Shown: in pieces, positions 18,333 to 28,984 of the stretch | Layout: every line of letters starts with the position of its first letter | How positions within the stretch are numbered: position 1 is the stretch's first letter | Assembly: GCA_963793265.1 (NCBI GenBank) | Contig: CAWBZI010000002.1 | Coordinates: 544,001 to 608,000 of the forward strand | Direction: 5' to 3' | Length of the DNA: 64,000 nucleotides | DNA from: an uncultured cyanobacterium | GTDB taxonomy: Bacteria > Cyanobacteriota > Cyanobacteriia > Phormidesmidales > Phormidesmidaceae | Notes under the pieces: model-generated | Told to the model about the DNA's origin: nothing | Database searches by the model: none | The model's input: the letters and a program-made list of their open reading frames with translations, nothing else | Made by a program: the position numbers and the translations under genes

Positions 18333-18848
18333 GTGACTCTTAGTTTCAACGAACTTCGCGAGTTGGTGGCTGCGCTCAACCAAACTGACATCGCTGAATT
18401 AACCCTTAAAAATGCGGATTTTGAGCTGACGCTACGCAAGCCCTCAGCCCTTCAGCCAGATGTGGTGATGAGCGCGGCCCCGACTGCTTTGCCTTTACCG
18501 CCTGCACCGGTAGCACCAGCTGCGATCGCTAATAACATAGCCGCACAGCCGCAGGCTCCCGTTGGACAGCCCGAATCAGCGGCTGCGCCTACGGTAGATT
18601 CTTCGCTAGTTGAGATTACTGCGCCAATGGTCGGGACGTTTTACCGGTCGCCTGCACCAGATGAGGCTTCGTTTGTAGAGGTGGGCGATCGCATCCAAGC
18701 CGGCCAAACCGTCTGCATCATCGAAGCGATGAAGCTCATGAACGAGCTAGAGGCCGAAGTCTCGGGCGAAATTGTAGATATCCTGGTCGAAAACTCCGAG
18801 CCTGTGGAGTTTGGTCAGCCGCTGATGCGCGTACGCCCTGCTAAGTAA
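18333..18848 (+). CDS. accB: Acetyl-CoA carboxylase biotin carboxyl carrier protein
   Basis: [19 protein letters not shown] biotinylation motif. Confidence 0.98.
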   Translation: MTLSFNELRELVAALNQTDIAELTLKNADFELTLRKPSALQPDVVMSAAPTALPLPPAPVAPAAIANNIAAQPQAPVGQPESAAAPTVDSSLVEITAPMVGTFYRSPAPDEASFVEVGDRIQAGQTVCIIEAMKLMNELEAEVSGEIVDILVENSEPVEFGQPLMRVRPAK

Positions 18849-19101
18849 TTTGTAGGAATTGAGTGCTCAGTAAGAAATAAATGCTTAGAAGGCAACCTTT
18901 CTATAATTACTTTCCCGTATTTGCTATCTTTGTAAAGATAGTAAAAGTGGCCATTTAAGCATGTCCACAGGGCTGAGCCCACATCAGTTGGGAAGAGGTT
19001 TGAAAGCATTCTTCTGGCAAAATCGAATCCGTAAGACCACAGATTTTCACCCTGAATTTGTTATCGAACCGCTCAGCGAAATTGTACTCAGGAGGAAAAC
19101 T

Positions 19102-19500
19102 ATGACAGAAGGCATTATGAAAAACAGCGCCCGTCAAGAGCAAGCTCCCAACAGCCGATCCGCCAGCTACGCCTCATCAGCGCCGAGCAGGCTATATCAC
19201 CGTTTAGAAGAAGCTTTAAATTCTGGCAGCGAAGTTTGGTTCCGAATGCCCGGCACCCGATTGGTCGGCATTCCTATCTTTTTAGATACTGACTATGTAG
19301 AAGTTGTCGATGTCGATGTCGCTGAAGGGTTTGAAGACGAAGAGCTGCCTGACGAGCCCTATCAGCGCACCGTATGGCTGATTCGCCTAGAAGAAATTAG
19401 CGCGATTTCTTACGCAACCGATCGCTGGAGTAAGGATCGCTTTGAGCGCCTGCTAGAAAAATCGCACCGCGAAGACGGCCCTGACACTGAGCCGCGATAG
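19102..19500 (+). CDS. Hypothetical acidic protein
   Basis: AGGAGG RBS before ATG 19102; 132 aa. Confidence 0.7.
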   Translation: MTEGIMKNSARQEQAPNSRSASYASSAPSRLYHRLEEALNSGSEVWFRMPGTRLVGIPIFLDTDYVEVVDVDVAEGFEDEELPDEPYQRTVWLIRLEEISAISYATDRWSKDRFERLLEKSHREDGPDTEPR

Positions 19501-19528
19501 TTCCAGTTCGCGATTGCAAAGACTGTGA

Positions 19529-20470
19529 CTAAGACTGTGTTTTCGGTTGGGCTGACGATTCTTTGACCGGATTGATATTCAAACTGCGAAAGTATCGTCC
19601 GCCAACGCCCGTTAGAAAAGCAACGTAGACAATTATCTGTAGCAGATAAATATGATCGCGGTAGCCCAGCAGCGTTTTGAGCAAAATGCCGGGAAACTGC
19701 CTGTCAGGTAAAACGGCGCTCGCATCCCAAATCAGCGGCCCTAAAATGCAGGATTGTGTGCTGATACACAAGTCCACGTTGGGCTGGTTAAGCATACTGA
19801 TCGCGGTGAAAGCCGCGTCTAAGTTTTTGAACACTGATACGACCAGGCCCGCAACGATGAGCAGTAGAAAGGTGCCCATCGTCTGAAAGAACAGCCGCAG
19901 GTTTATTTTCACGCCGAACTTAAATAGGGCGACGCCGATTGCAAAGGCACCTGTAAGGCCAGCGATCGCGCCAAAAATGCTCGCCGTACTCTGCTGCTCT
20001 GCCTGCGAAAGCGTACTGAACAAAAACAGCACCGTCTCAAACCCTTCGCGCAGCACCGCCACACAGACCAGGCTAAAGATACTAACATTCGCCCCTTCCG
20101 AATCAGCCAAAGCATCTTGAAGCGAGCCTTCCACATTGCCCTTCAAGCTCCGCGCCTGCTGCGTCATCCAAATCAGCATCCAGCTCAGCATCACCACGGC
20201 CACACTGCCAAACGTCACGCCCAAGAAGGGTTTGACCACAGCTTGTAGGGTGGGAGCCGCATACTGCACCCGGCTCAGGGCAATCCCAAAGAAAAGACCA
20301 ATTAAAACGCTGCCCGCAATCCCAGCAGCGACCCCACCGTACACCCATTTGTTTAGCTCGCTACGGTTAGCTTTGCCTAAGCAGGCCAGCACAATGCCGA
20401 CCACCAGGGCAGCTTCTACCCCTTCTCTGAGCGTGATCACGAACGTGGGGAGAGCTTGAGAAAAATCCAT
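19529..20470 (-). CDS. FTR1-family iron permease
   Basis: Two RExxE motifs (LREGVEA, LREGFET), multi-TM. Confidence 0.93.
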   Translation of the reverse strand: MDFSQALPTFVITLREGVEAALVVGIVLACLGKANRSELNKWVYGGVAAGIAGSVLIGLFFGIALSRVQYAAPTLQAVVKPFLGVTFGSVAVVMLSWMLIWMTQQARSLKGNVEGSLQDALADSEGANVSIFSLVCVAVLREGFETVLFLFSTLSQAEQQSTASIFGAIAGLTGAFAIGVALFKFGVKINLRLFFQTMGTFLLLIVAGLVVSVFKNLDAAFTAISMLNQPNVDLCISTQSCILGPLIWDASAVLPDRQFPGILLKTLLGYRDHIYLLQIIVYVAFLTGVGGRYFRSLNINPVKESSAQPKTQS

Positions 20471-20552
20471 AGGGGCTACGAAAAGCGCTGGTTATATTAT
20501 CGCGCTAATCGCCTGAGATGAGATGCACCAAGGCTAAAACGAACACAAAAGA

Positions 20553-21506
20553 TCAATCAACCAGGCCGATTTCTTTGAGACGCTGGTGAAGATACTCGCC
20601 CGCCGTTTGGGGTGGATACTGCGGCGCTTTGCCCGTGCGCTCAACACACTCAGGAAGTGGGGTAAGGTCAAACTCAGGGCGGGGGTGAACGAAAAAGGGC
20701 ATGGAGAAGCGGCGATCGCGACTGCTATTAGGATTTGCAACCCGGTGCGTGGTGCTCTTCAGTAAACCGTTCGTGAGCGACTGAAGCATATCGCCCGTAT
20801 CGACCACGATTTGTCCGGGAAGCGTCTGCACCGACAGCCATTCTCCATCTGGTTTCAGCAGTTCCAACCCTGGCGTAGTCGCCTCACACAGCAGCGTAAT
20901 CAGGTTGATATCTTCGTGGGGAGCGGCTCTTTGGCTAGCCGGAGTCGCGTCGTCAGGAATGGGCGGATAGTGAATGACGCGCAAAATGGTGTGACCCTCA
21001 GCGACCTGCGTCGTGAAAAAGTCGGCGGGCTGATTGAGGTATAGGGCGCAGGCTTCCATCAGATGACTCGCACAGGTTTCAAGCTGTTGGAATAGGGTCG
21101 CCATCACCGGCTGAAACTGGGGGACTTCTCGGGGCCAAATGTTGTCGGGGTAGTCGGTGGGATTTTCGACGAGGCGATCGCGCCCCAAATGCCAAAATTC
21201 CTTCAAGTCAGGAGCCTCACTGTCCTTAGCGTGCTCCTTACCAAAGCAAGTAAATCCCCGCTGTCCTTTGAGATCGCTAATTTCATACTGCGCTTTAGTC
21301 GCTTCGGGCAGCGCAAAGAAGGCTTCTGTCGCCGCATAGGCCGCATCGATAATGCGCTGCTCTACGCCGTGATCGGTCAGCGTAAAAAAGCCCAAACCCG
21401 ATAGCGCCTGACCAAAACCAGCCACAAAATCTTTTGACTTCTGGCTATCTCTGGGGCCATTAATAAAGTCTTGCAGGCTTAAAACGGGAATGGTTTGAGC
21501 GGTCAT
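20553..21506 (-). CDS. Isopenicillin N synthase-family 2OG-Fe(II) oxygenase
   Basis: LRVIHYPP, HEDINLIT, STTHRV, RFSMPFFVHP; likely ATG at 21506. Confidence 0.9.
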   Translation of the reverse strand: MTAQTIPVLSLQDFINGPRDSQKSKDFVAGFGQALSGLGFFTLTDHGVEQRIIDAAYAATEAFFALPEATKAQYEISDLKGQRGFTCFGKEHAKDSEAPDLKEFWHLGRDRLVENPTDYPDNIWPREVPQFQPVMATLFQQLETCASHLMEACALYLNQPADFFTTQVAEGHTILRVIHYPPIPDDATPASQRAAPHEDINLITLLCEATTPGLELLKPDGEWLSVQTLPGQIVVDTGDMLQSLTNGLLKSTTHRVANPNSSRDRRFSMPFFVHPRPEFDLTPLPECVERTGKAPQYPPQTAGEYLHQRLKEIGLVD

Positions 21507-21574
21507 AAGCGAAACACAATGAGATGGTGAGGGGGTAGATAAACCGTCCAAGGAAGCGGCTGTTGCTGAAGCTG

Positions 21575-22480
21575 TTACCGAAGCGATCGAGAAACAATAG
21601 CCTGCAATTGGTAGTCGTGTGAGCCAATAGCGGGCGTATGGAGTTTCAGGAAAACGAGCGTGCTATGGGGCAGTGCCAAATGACGTGCAGGCCAACAAAG
21701 TGCATGGTTATTAGGCTTCTCAGATGATAAATCTACAGTTGAGGGCGAACTATTCTCTCCAAGCTCGCGATGTCGAGAAGCCATTCTAGCAGGTGCTTCG
21801 AAGAGCGTTTGGCTGCTGCCATACCGTTTTGATGTGATAAATGATACGTTGTGCGGGCGAATGCCTACAGCGCGAGGATTTGAAGCATCCTGGGTGTATG
21901 CGCTCAGACTGGAAACAACGGGAAGTTGGAGCAACATTTGCCACACTTGCGCATACGCTTGCCCTGGGTGGATGACTGTAGCGGGAGAGAAATTACAGGA
22001 GGCTGTAAGGCTAGCGATTTCAGGCGTGTGAGGACGCTCAAAAACGGTAACGGGTTCTCCCTGCTGAACGGTTTGGCCATCGTGTAAAACCATGAACTGA
22101 CTGGTTTGGTAGGCTTCTGGTAGGCTGTGGGTGACGAGTAAGGTGAGGCCGGGGTAGGTTTGCAGGCGTTGGAAAAGCTGCTGGCTGAGGTGCGATCGCA
22201 AGTGTGTATCTAGCGCTGAGAAAGGCTCGTCTGATAAAAGCAGCTGGGGTCTGGTGACAAGTGCTCTGGCCGAAGCTACCCTTTGCTGCTGACCGCCCGA
22301 GAGCTGGTGAGGATAATAGTGGGCAAAGCCAGTCATGTTTACGGCGGCTAGCTCGGCGGTAACAATCTTTAGGGCGTGCTGAGAATTTTGTGGATAAATG
22401 CCGAAGGCTACGTTTTGTGAAACGGTGAGGTGGGGGAAGAGAGCGTAGTTTTGGAACAGGAGAGCGGTAGTGTGATCGCG
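21575..22480 (-). pseudogene. modC: 5'-truncated molybdate ABC ATPase (ModC-type)
   Basis: Frame reads LLFQNYALFPHLTVSQNVAFG...LSGGQQQRVASARAL...LLLSDEPFSALD; no Walker A and no modB upstream. Confidence 0.85.
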
Positions 22481-23283
22481 ATAAAGCCGAAGCGTTGAAA
22501 AATCTGAGTGGCCGCAGGTGTGGTTAGAAAGTCGATGTATTGCTGGGCGGCTTCGGGCGATTCGCTGCGCTGCAAGGTAGCAATGGGATAGCGGATGGGG
22601 GGATGGGTGTTAGGGGGGGCGATCACAACTACTTTCACCCGATCCGACAGTCGCGCATCTGTGGCGTACACCAGCCCAGCACTGACGTTCCCACTCGCGA
22701 TAGCCGCTAAAACGGCCCGCACGTTGTTAAAAAAAACCAGCTTTGAATCAATATCAGGCAGCAAGTCAAGTGCTTTCAAAGTGACCTGAGCGTATTGCCC
22801 TGCTGGAACGCTTTGAAACTCACCTACGGCTAGGCTTTTAAAGCTAGACGATTTCTTTGCGTTTAAGTCTTCAAAGCTATCGACCGAGCTATTGAGCGGC
22901 GTAATTAGAACAAGCTGATTGCTCAAAATATCTCGTCGTGAGGCTTGTCGTATCAAATTTTGAGCAGCTAGCGCGTCCATTTGCTGTGGACTCGCTGAAA
23001 AGAAAATGTCTGTAGGTGCGCCTCGCTCAATTTGTCTTTGTAGCGTGCCTGAGCCGCCTGAATTGTAAGCAATATCGATATCAGGGTGAGCTTGCTTAAA
23101 TAGCGGATTGATGTCAGTCAGTGCGTTTTGCAGGCTAGCGGCTGCGGACACTGTGAGCGTGATGGATTGATTTTTGTCTGTAGGAATTGATGTGCAGCTA
23201 TGAGTCGCGATCGCTAGCATCATCGCGATCAAAGCAGCGGCAATCTTACGGTTTTGCTGAAGGAAACGAGTAGCTGAAGTCAA
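22408..23283 (-). CDS. modA: Molybdate ABC transporter substrate-binding protein
   Basis: VSAAASL, GSGTLQRQIERGAPTDIFFSA, VPAGQYA, GLVYATDA; the tail after FGF reads modC out of frame. Confidence 0.92.
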   Translation of the reverse strand: MTSATRFLQQNRKIAAALIAMMLAIATHSCTSIPTDKNQSITLTVSAAASLQNALTDINPLFKQAHPDIDIAYNSGGSGTLQRQIERGAPTDIFFSASPQQMDALAAQNLIRQASRRDILSNQLVLITPLNSSVDSFEDLNAKKSSSFKSLAVGEFQSVPAGQYAQVTLKALDLLPDIDSKLVFFNNVRAVLAAIASGNVSAGLVYATDARLSDRVKVVVIAPPNTHPPIRYPIATLQRSESPEAAQQYIDFLTTPAATQIFQRFGFIAITLPLSCSKTTLSSPTSPFHKT

Positions 23284-23432
23284 TCGGGTTCGCTGAAGCG
23301 GTAGAATTTACAAAGGTTTACACCATAGTCATGTTCTCACGCTGTCCATCGTAGTCCGTTGTATTTAAGCCTGGCCGGTTCATTTTACTAAGCCAGTTTT
23401 ATTAGCGAGCCTCACGCTTTCCTTAATTTTGA

Positions 23433-23831
23433 ATGCTTTTTCTTAAGTCCCTAATCGTCGATAAGTTCTTATCTGTTTGGTGGGTCGTCGTAACCTTACT
23501 ACTGACGCTACCCTTTGCAGTGTGGATTTTGAACGTTACCACTGCGCCCGCTCAAGCGACCGATTGCAAAACGTTTAGCGGTCATCAAGTGTGCTTGGTG
23601 AGCGTGAAGCGCAGTGCAGCGCGCTATTGGGAATATCGGACGGTGGTGAGTATTGATGGGGCCAAGCAGCCGCTAGAGCTTTATAACTGTCGCGATCGCA
23701 CCCGCGAGCTAGCCAGCGACGGCACCCTAATCCCTTTCTTAACCGGCAAAACAGGCGACTGGATCTGTCAGCTCACGACGCCAACACGCTCTAGCAGGCT
23801 TGACGACCGAGTAACGATTAATATTCGTTGA
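23433..23831 (+). CDS. Secreted Cys-containing hypothetical protein
   Basis: Hydrophobic N-terminus, PAQA cleavage site, four Cys, KRSAARYWEYR. Confidence 0.7.
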   Translation: MLFLKSLIVDKFLSVWWVVVTLLLTLPFAVWILNVTTAPAQATDCKTFSGHQVCLVSVKRSAARYWEYRTVVSIDGAKQPLELYNCRDRTRELASDGTLIPFLTGKTGDWICQLTTPTRSSRLDDRVTINIR

Positions 23832-23833
23832 GG

Positions 23834-24457
23834 TCAATGCTCAAAAACACTGCCGTACTGCCGCAAATCCAGCTCTACAAACGTTGGTAAGCAGGTTAAG
23901 CACTGTTCTAACAGCGTCCAGCGATCTTCTCGCTTTAGCATGGTAGTAAGCTGATTGCGCAGTGAATGCAAATAGCGCACATCATTGGCAGCGTAGCTAA
24001 GCTGTTCGTCACTCAGCGCATCGACATTGCCCCAGTCAGAACTTTGCTGAGATTTATCTAGCTCTACACCTTCCAGCTCTCTTACAAGCGACTTCAGGCC
24101 GTGACTAGGGCTGTAGGTACGAGCGATTTTGCTGGCAATTTTGGTGCAAAATACGGGCGCAGTCACAATGCCCAAGTGGTGCTGTAAGGTTGCCAGATCA
24201 AAGCGAGCGAAGTGGAAGATTTTAGTGATGTTGGGCGCTTCTAAGAGCTGTTTGAGGTTCGGTGCTTCGGTTTGGCCCCGCTCGACGCGAATGGCGCAGA
24301 CGTAGCCTTTGGGGTCGCAGAGTTGGATTAGGCAGAGGCGATCGCGCATTGGATTGAGCCCCATGGTTTCGGTATCGACAGCGATCGCTTCTGCCTGCAT
24401 GTATCGCTCTAGTAGCTGCGGGGTTATGTCGCGATCGCAAACCTCGAAATTCTCCAC
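23834..24457 (-). CDS. rnd: Ribonuclease D-like 3'-5' exonuclease
   Basis: AVDTETMGL, FHFARFD, SDWG, YAANDV (DEDDy). Confidence 0.9.
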   Translation of the reverse strand: MENFEVCDRDITPQLLERYMQAEAIAVDTETMGLNPMRDRLCLIQLCDPKGYVCAIRVERGQTEAPNLKQLLEAPNITKIFHFARFDLATLQHHLGIVTAPVFCTKIASKIARTYSPSHGLKSLVRELEGVELDKSQQSSDWGNVDALSDEQLSYAANDVRYLHSLRNQLTTMLKREDRWTLLEQCLTCLPTFVELDLRQYGSVFEH

Positions 24458-24507
24458 TCAAATGCTCCTGACTGTACGTTGGGTGATTGATTGAAATAAG
24501 AGACAAG

Positions 24508-24532
24508 AGGGCGCATAGCCATGCGCCCTTAC
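24508..24532 (-). repeat. REP-like palindrome
   Basis: Minus strand GTAAGGGCGCAT-GGCT-ATGCGCCCT, downstream of trpB. Confidence 0.7.
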
Positions 24533-24554
24533 GGATGGACGGCGATGATAGCGG

Positions 24555-25826
24555 CTACTCGAAGTTCAACACTTTTGCGACTGTCTGTACGTCTTTGTCG
24601 CCGCGTCCAGAACAGTTGATGACAACCTTCTCATTACCTAGCGTAGGACACAGCGTCTCTAGATACGCAAACGCATGAGCTGTCTCTAACGCTGGAATAA
24701 TGCCTTCCAATCGCGACACAAGCTGAAACGCCTCTAACGCTTCCGCGTCCGTCACACTGTAATACTCCGCCCGGCCCAAGTCCTTAAAGTAGCTGTGCTC
24801 TGGCCCCACACCCGGATAGTCAAGCCCCGCGCTAATCGAATGCGCCTCAGTTACCTGACCTTCGCCATCTTGCAACAAATAGCTCATCGCCCCGTGCAAA
24901 ACGCCCACACGCCCTTTCGTCAGTGTCGCCGCGTGTTTATCCGTCTCAGCGCCTTCACCCGCCGCCTCAATCCCAATCATCCGAATCTCAGTATCACCCA
25001 CAAACTCATGAAACAGGCCCATTGCATTCGAGCCACCGCCCACACAGGCCAGCAGCAAATCTGGCTTACCGCCCCACTTTTCTAGGCATTGCGATCGCGT
25101 CTCTACCCCGATCACGCCATGAAAATCACGCACCATCATCGGATACGGATGTGGCCCAGCCACCGAGCCCAAAATGTAATGCGTCGTCTCCACATTCGTC
25201 ACCCAGTCACGAATCGCCTCACTCGTCGCATCCTTCAGCGTGCCGCTGCCTGCACTCACCGGGCTCACCGTCGCTCCCATCAAGCGCATCCGAAACACGT
25301 TCAGCTCCTGCCGCCGCATATCTTCTACGCCCATATACACAATGCACTCCAGGCCAAAGCGAGCGCACACGGTCGCCGTTGCCACCCCATGCTGACCCGC
25401 GCCCGTCTCAGCGATTACCCGCTTTTTACCCATTCGCTTAGCCAACAGCACCTGACCAAGCGCGTTATTAATCTTGTGCGCGCCCGTATGGTTCAAGTCC
25501 TCACGCTTCAAATAAATCTGCGGCCCGCTGCCATCAGGCTTGGCGTAGTGCTCCGTCAAACGCTCCGCGAAATACAGCGGATTCGCCCGGCCCACGTAGT
25601 CCTTTAATAGGCCCTGCAATTCTGATTGAAAGTCAGCCTCTTCCCGGTGGCGATAGTAAGCCTCCTCTAATTCCTTTAAAGCAGGCATTAGTGTCTCAGG
25701 CACATACTTACCGCCAAACTTACCAAATCGACCTAGCTTATCGGGGCGAGCTGAGAGCAACAGGGCGTCATCAGAAGTTTGGTCAACAGTTTGTTTAGCG
25801 GGCTTAGAAAGAGGCGTAACAGTCAC
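24555..25826 (-). CDS. trpB: Tryptophan synthase beta subunit
   Basis: [36 protein letters not shown]. Confidence 0.98.
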   Translation of the reverse strand: MTVTPLSKPAKQTVDQTSDDALLLSARPDKLGRFGKFGGKYVPETLMPALKELEEAYYRHREEADFQSELQGLLKDYVGRANPLYFAERLTEHYAKPDGSGPQIYLKREDLNHTGAHKINNALGQVLLAKRMGKKRVIAETGAGQHGVATATVCARFGLECIVYMGVEDMRRQELNVFRMRLMGATVSPVSAGSGTLKDATSEAIRDWVTNVETTHYILGSVAGPHPYPMMVRDFHGVIGVETRSQCLEKWGGKPDLLLACVGGGSNAMGLFHEFVGDTEIRMIGIEAAGEGAETDKHAATLTKGRVGVLHGAMSYLLQDGEGQVTEAHSISAGLDYPGVGPEHSYFKDLGRAEYYSVTDAEALEAFQLVSRLEGIIPALETAHAFAYLETLCPTLGNEKVVINCSGRGDKDVQTVAKVLNFE

Positions 25827-26123
25827 AGCGCTTACCTAAAATGAACAGCGGATGAAAGAAGGCTTGCTAAAAAGCTAATTTTAGAAGTCCCCCATTATAT
25901 ATACATGTGCCATTAAGACAAGGGAGTCCAAAACCTACTGCAACAGATGTCTCTTTTATTGCAGGCTTTTCTGGGAAGCGCCTTAGCGGGGCTTAGAAGT
26001 TCCTTAAAAGGATTGTGAATAGTTTTTACGTCTAATAGCATGACCATAGAGTATTTGCTTACTCTATATTTGCCTGCGGCCATAGCAGCGTGACCCCACC
26101 CCCAACCCACACATTATTATCCT

Positions 26124-27233
26124 ATGACACAGTTGCTTTCTGGAGACATCGGCGGCACGAAAACCATACTGCGACTATCTCAGGTTGAAGATGAGGACGT
26201 TAAAAGTCAGGCTAGTCACGAAGTCAAAATAGAAACGCTGTACGAGTCTCGCTTTCCTAGCCTCGACTATCCAGAATTCGTGCCGATGGTGAAGGAGTTT
26301 CTTAAGGCGGCGGGTAGTAAGGTTGATATTGGTTTGCTTAAGTCGGCTTGTTTTGCGATCGCAGGCCCGGTCGTCCACAACACCTCACAGCTCACCAATC
26401 TCTCCTGGTTCCTACGCGGCGAGTTTTTAAGAGGCGCACTCGATATAGACTACGTTCAGCTCATCAACGACTTTGAAGCGATTGGCTACGGCGTTTTGGG
26501 TCTAAAGCCGGACGATATTTTTGAGCTACAAAAGGGCGTGCCAAATCCCAATTCTCCAATGGCCGTTTTAGGCGCAGGTACCGGCCTCGGGCAGGGTTTT
26601 TTGCTGCCCACAGGCGAGGAGTACGCGGTGTTTCCGTCCGAAGGCGGGCACGTGGACTTTGCGCCCCAGTCAGAGCTGGAGTTTCAACTGCGCAAGTATC
26701 TGATTGAAAAGCACGGCATCTCTCGAGTTTCTGAAGAGCGGGTGGTGTCGGGAATGGGGATTATTTCGATCTATCAGTTTTTGCGCGATCGCCAATACGC
26801 CAACGAAGCGCCAGATATCGGTCAGGCCATGGATATTTGGGAGCGTAGCGCCGGTAAACGTACGCAGCTACACGATCCTGCCGCCATCATCTCCAAAGCC
26901 GCCACCGAAAAAACAGATCTGCTCTCACAAAAGACCATGGAGATCTTCATTCGGGCCTACGGTTCAGAGGCCGGTAATATTTCACTGAAGTTTTTACCGC
27001 GCGGCGGGCTCTACATCGCAGGCGGTGTCACTGCCAAAAACCTTCCTCTAATCAAAGGCGGCGAGTTCATGTACGCCTTCAAAAGCAAGGGCCGGGTCAG
27101 CCATCTGCTTGACGAAGTGCCCGTTCGCGTTGTGCTCAATCAGCATGTGGGCCTCATTGGTGCCACGATTAAAGCGGCCCGTAACTATAAAGAGCGCCTA
27201 GAAGCGACAAGCCCACCTTTCGGCGCTGCATAA
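26124..27233 (+). CDS. glk: Glucokinase
   Basis: GDIGGTKT, LINDF, GAGTGLG, SEGGHVDF, ERVVSG. Confidence 0.96.
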   Translation: MTQLLSGDIGGTKTILRLSQVEDEDVKSQASHEVKIETLYESRFPSLDYPEFVPMVKEFLKAAGSKVDIGLLKSACFAIAGPVVHNTSQLTNLSWFLRGEFLRGALDIDYVQLINDFEAIGYGVLGLKPDDIFELQKGVPNPNSPMAVLGAGTGLGQGFLLPTGEEYAVFPSEGGHVDFAPQSELEFQLRKYLIEKHGISRVSEERVVSGMGIISIYQFLRDRQYANEAPDIGQAMDIWERSAGKRTQLHDPAAIISKAATEKTDLLSQKTMEIFIRAYGSEAGNISLKFLPRGGLYIAGGVTAKNLPLIKGGEFMYAFKSKGRVSHLLDEVPVRVVLNQHVGLIGATIKAARNYKERLEATSPPFGAA

Positions 27234-27265
27234 GGGATGATAGAAACAGCAACTTATGGCGAGAC

Positions 27266-28036
27266 ATGGCAGGACATAGTAAATGGGCCAATATCAAGCG
27301 GCAAAAGGCCCGAGTAGACTCTAAGCGCGGCAAAATATTTGCCAAGGTTTCCAGAGAGATCATCGTGGCAGCGCGGCAGGGTGGCGGTGACCCGGATGGG
27401 AATTTTCAACTGCGAACGGCGATTGAGAAGGCGAAAGCTGTGAGCTTCCCGGCAGAGAATATTGAGCGGGCGATCGCCAAAGGCAGCGGCTCTCTCTCTG
27501 GCGAAGGCGACTTCGAGTCTATCCGCTACGAAGGCTACGGCCCCGGCGGCGTCGCTGTCCTCATCGAAGCCCTTACCGACAACCGCAACCGCGCTGCCGC
27601 CGACCTCCGCACCGCTTTCAACAAAAACGGCGGTAACTTAGGCGAAACCGGCTGCGTCGGCTGGATGTTTGATCACAAAGGCGTGATTACCCTCGCAGGC
27701 GATATTGACGAAGAAGCGCTGTTTGAAGACGCGCTAGAAGCAGGGGCAGAATCGTATGAACTTGTAGACGAAATTGACGAAGATGTTCCTGGCGCAGAGG
27801 TTTTTTGTGATGTGCCCAGCCTAGAGAGCGTCAGCGATGTTCTCAAAGCCAAAAACTATGATATTCGCGAAGTTGACATGCGCTGGATTCCTTCAAACAC
27901 TATTGCAGTAGAAGACGCTGAGCTAGCGACTTCGCTGATGAAAATGATGGACGCGCTAGAAGAATCGGATGACGTGCAGTCGGTGACGGCAAACTTCGAT
28001 ATGAGTGAAGAAGTAATGGCAGAGGCGCTAGCGTAA
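27266..28036 (+). CDS. yebC: YebC/PmpR family protein
   Basis: MAGHSKWANIK, YEGYGPGG, TDNRNR. Confidence 0.96.
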   Translation: MAGHSKWANIKRQKARVDSKRGKIFAKVSREIIVAARQGGGDPDGNFQLRTAIEKAKAVSFPAENIERAIAKGSGSLSGEGDFESIRYEGYGPGGVAVLIEALTDNRNRAAADLRTAFNKNGGNLGETGCVGWMFDHKGVITLAGDIDEEALFEDALEAGAESYELVDEIDEDVPGAEVFCDVPSLESVSDVLKAKNYDIREVDMRWIPSNTIAVEDAELATSLMKMMDALEESDDVQSVTANFDMSEEVMAEALA

Positions 28037-28813
28037 TCCTGCATCCTGAAGTTGTTGTTCTAACCAAGCCTGATTTTCTTCTTTAAAAGGCGGAACAGGG
28101 TCGGCTCTGTAATCGAGCTTAAGGTCGTAGCCAAAACGTTCGTAGATATCGTTTAGTAACTGCTGCAAATTCACTGTAGGCTCTGAATCTCCTGACCGCA
28201 AAGGTAGCTTAAAAGGCGTTACTTTATCCCTCACGTTAAATGCGTATAGTTCTGCCTTAGGTCTTTGGTTGCTGCGGCTCACTAAAATTCTGTAGTGGCT
28301 ACCTGGCCCCTCGCCATACATTGGCATAGGCTGGTGTGCTCTTAGTAAGTCAATTTCTACCAAATGAGTTGAGCTGCCAAGTAGCCTTTGGCGCTTCGCT
28401 TCGTAAGATTGTCGGCCTTCCCCAGCTCGCTTGTTGACAGGCGACAGTAGTTCAATGGCAGTGACCACTTCTTTCGTCGCAACTTCTCGAACTTCTAAAT
28501 AACCTTGGCGAACTGTAATCGGTATCGGCAGTGTAACGGTTATAGGCTGCGTTTCTGCTTCGGCTATAGCAACACTTGATGTCTGTCGTTCCGGTAACTG
28601 AGCAGATTTCTGTACGGCAACATCAGGAATGCCAACGAGCAATGACTGTTCGTCTACCGTCTCATACATCCGAACCTCCATAGAGACAGAATATTTGGGC
28701 CTGACCTGAGAGGTTAAAGCACCTGCTAAAGCGTTAATTAAAGATAAATGAACACCTGGCCAGATCTCTGGATGTTCTAAGTAAGGATCCATTCCAGGAA
28801 ACGGGGAAGCCAC
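28028..28813 (-). CDS. DUF4058 family protein
   Basis: SPFPGMDPYLE, IELLSPVNK, HLVEIDLLR; GTG at 28813 after GGAGG. Confidence 0.88.
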   Translation of the reverse strand: MASPFPGMDPYLEHPEIWPGVHLSLINALAGALTSQVRPKYSVSMEVRMYETVDEQSLLVGIPDVAVQKSAQLPERQTSSVAIAEAETQPITVTLPIPITVRQGYLEVREVATKEVVTAIELLSPVNKRAGEGRQSYEAKRQRLLGSSTHLVEIDLLRAHQPMPMYGEGPGSHYRILVSRSNQRPKAELYAFNVRDKVTPFKLPLRSGDSEPTVNLQQLLNDIYERFGYDLKLDYRADPVPPFKEENQAWLEQQLQDAGLR

Positions 28814-28984
28814 AGGGTCACCTCCGACCACATCAGTAAAATATGCTGCTATCTATAACTGTAGCTCAGCGCTTAATGCGTAAACACCTTTGTCATGCAC
28901 AGGTTGATAGATCGGTATTTGCGAGTCAGAATGTAAAGGGATGTGAATTAATCCTGCATAGTCACTGTCTCAAAAGAACCTCTT

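Noticed and set aside
24795..25607. Long antisense ORFs over trpB, and similar ones over tamB and gyrA
   Set aside because: Shadow ORFs with no recognisable motifs, explained by biased codon usage on the coding strand.
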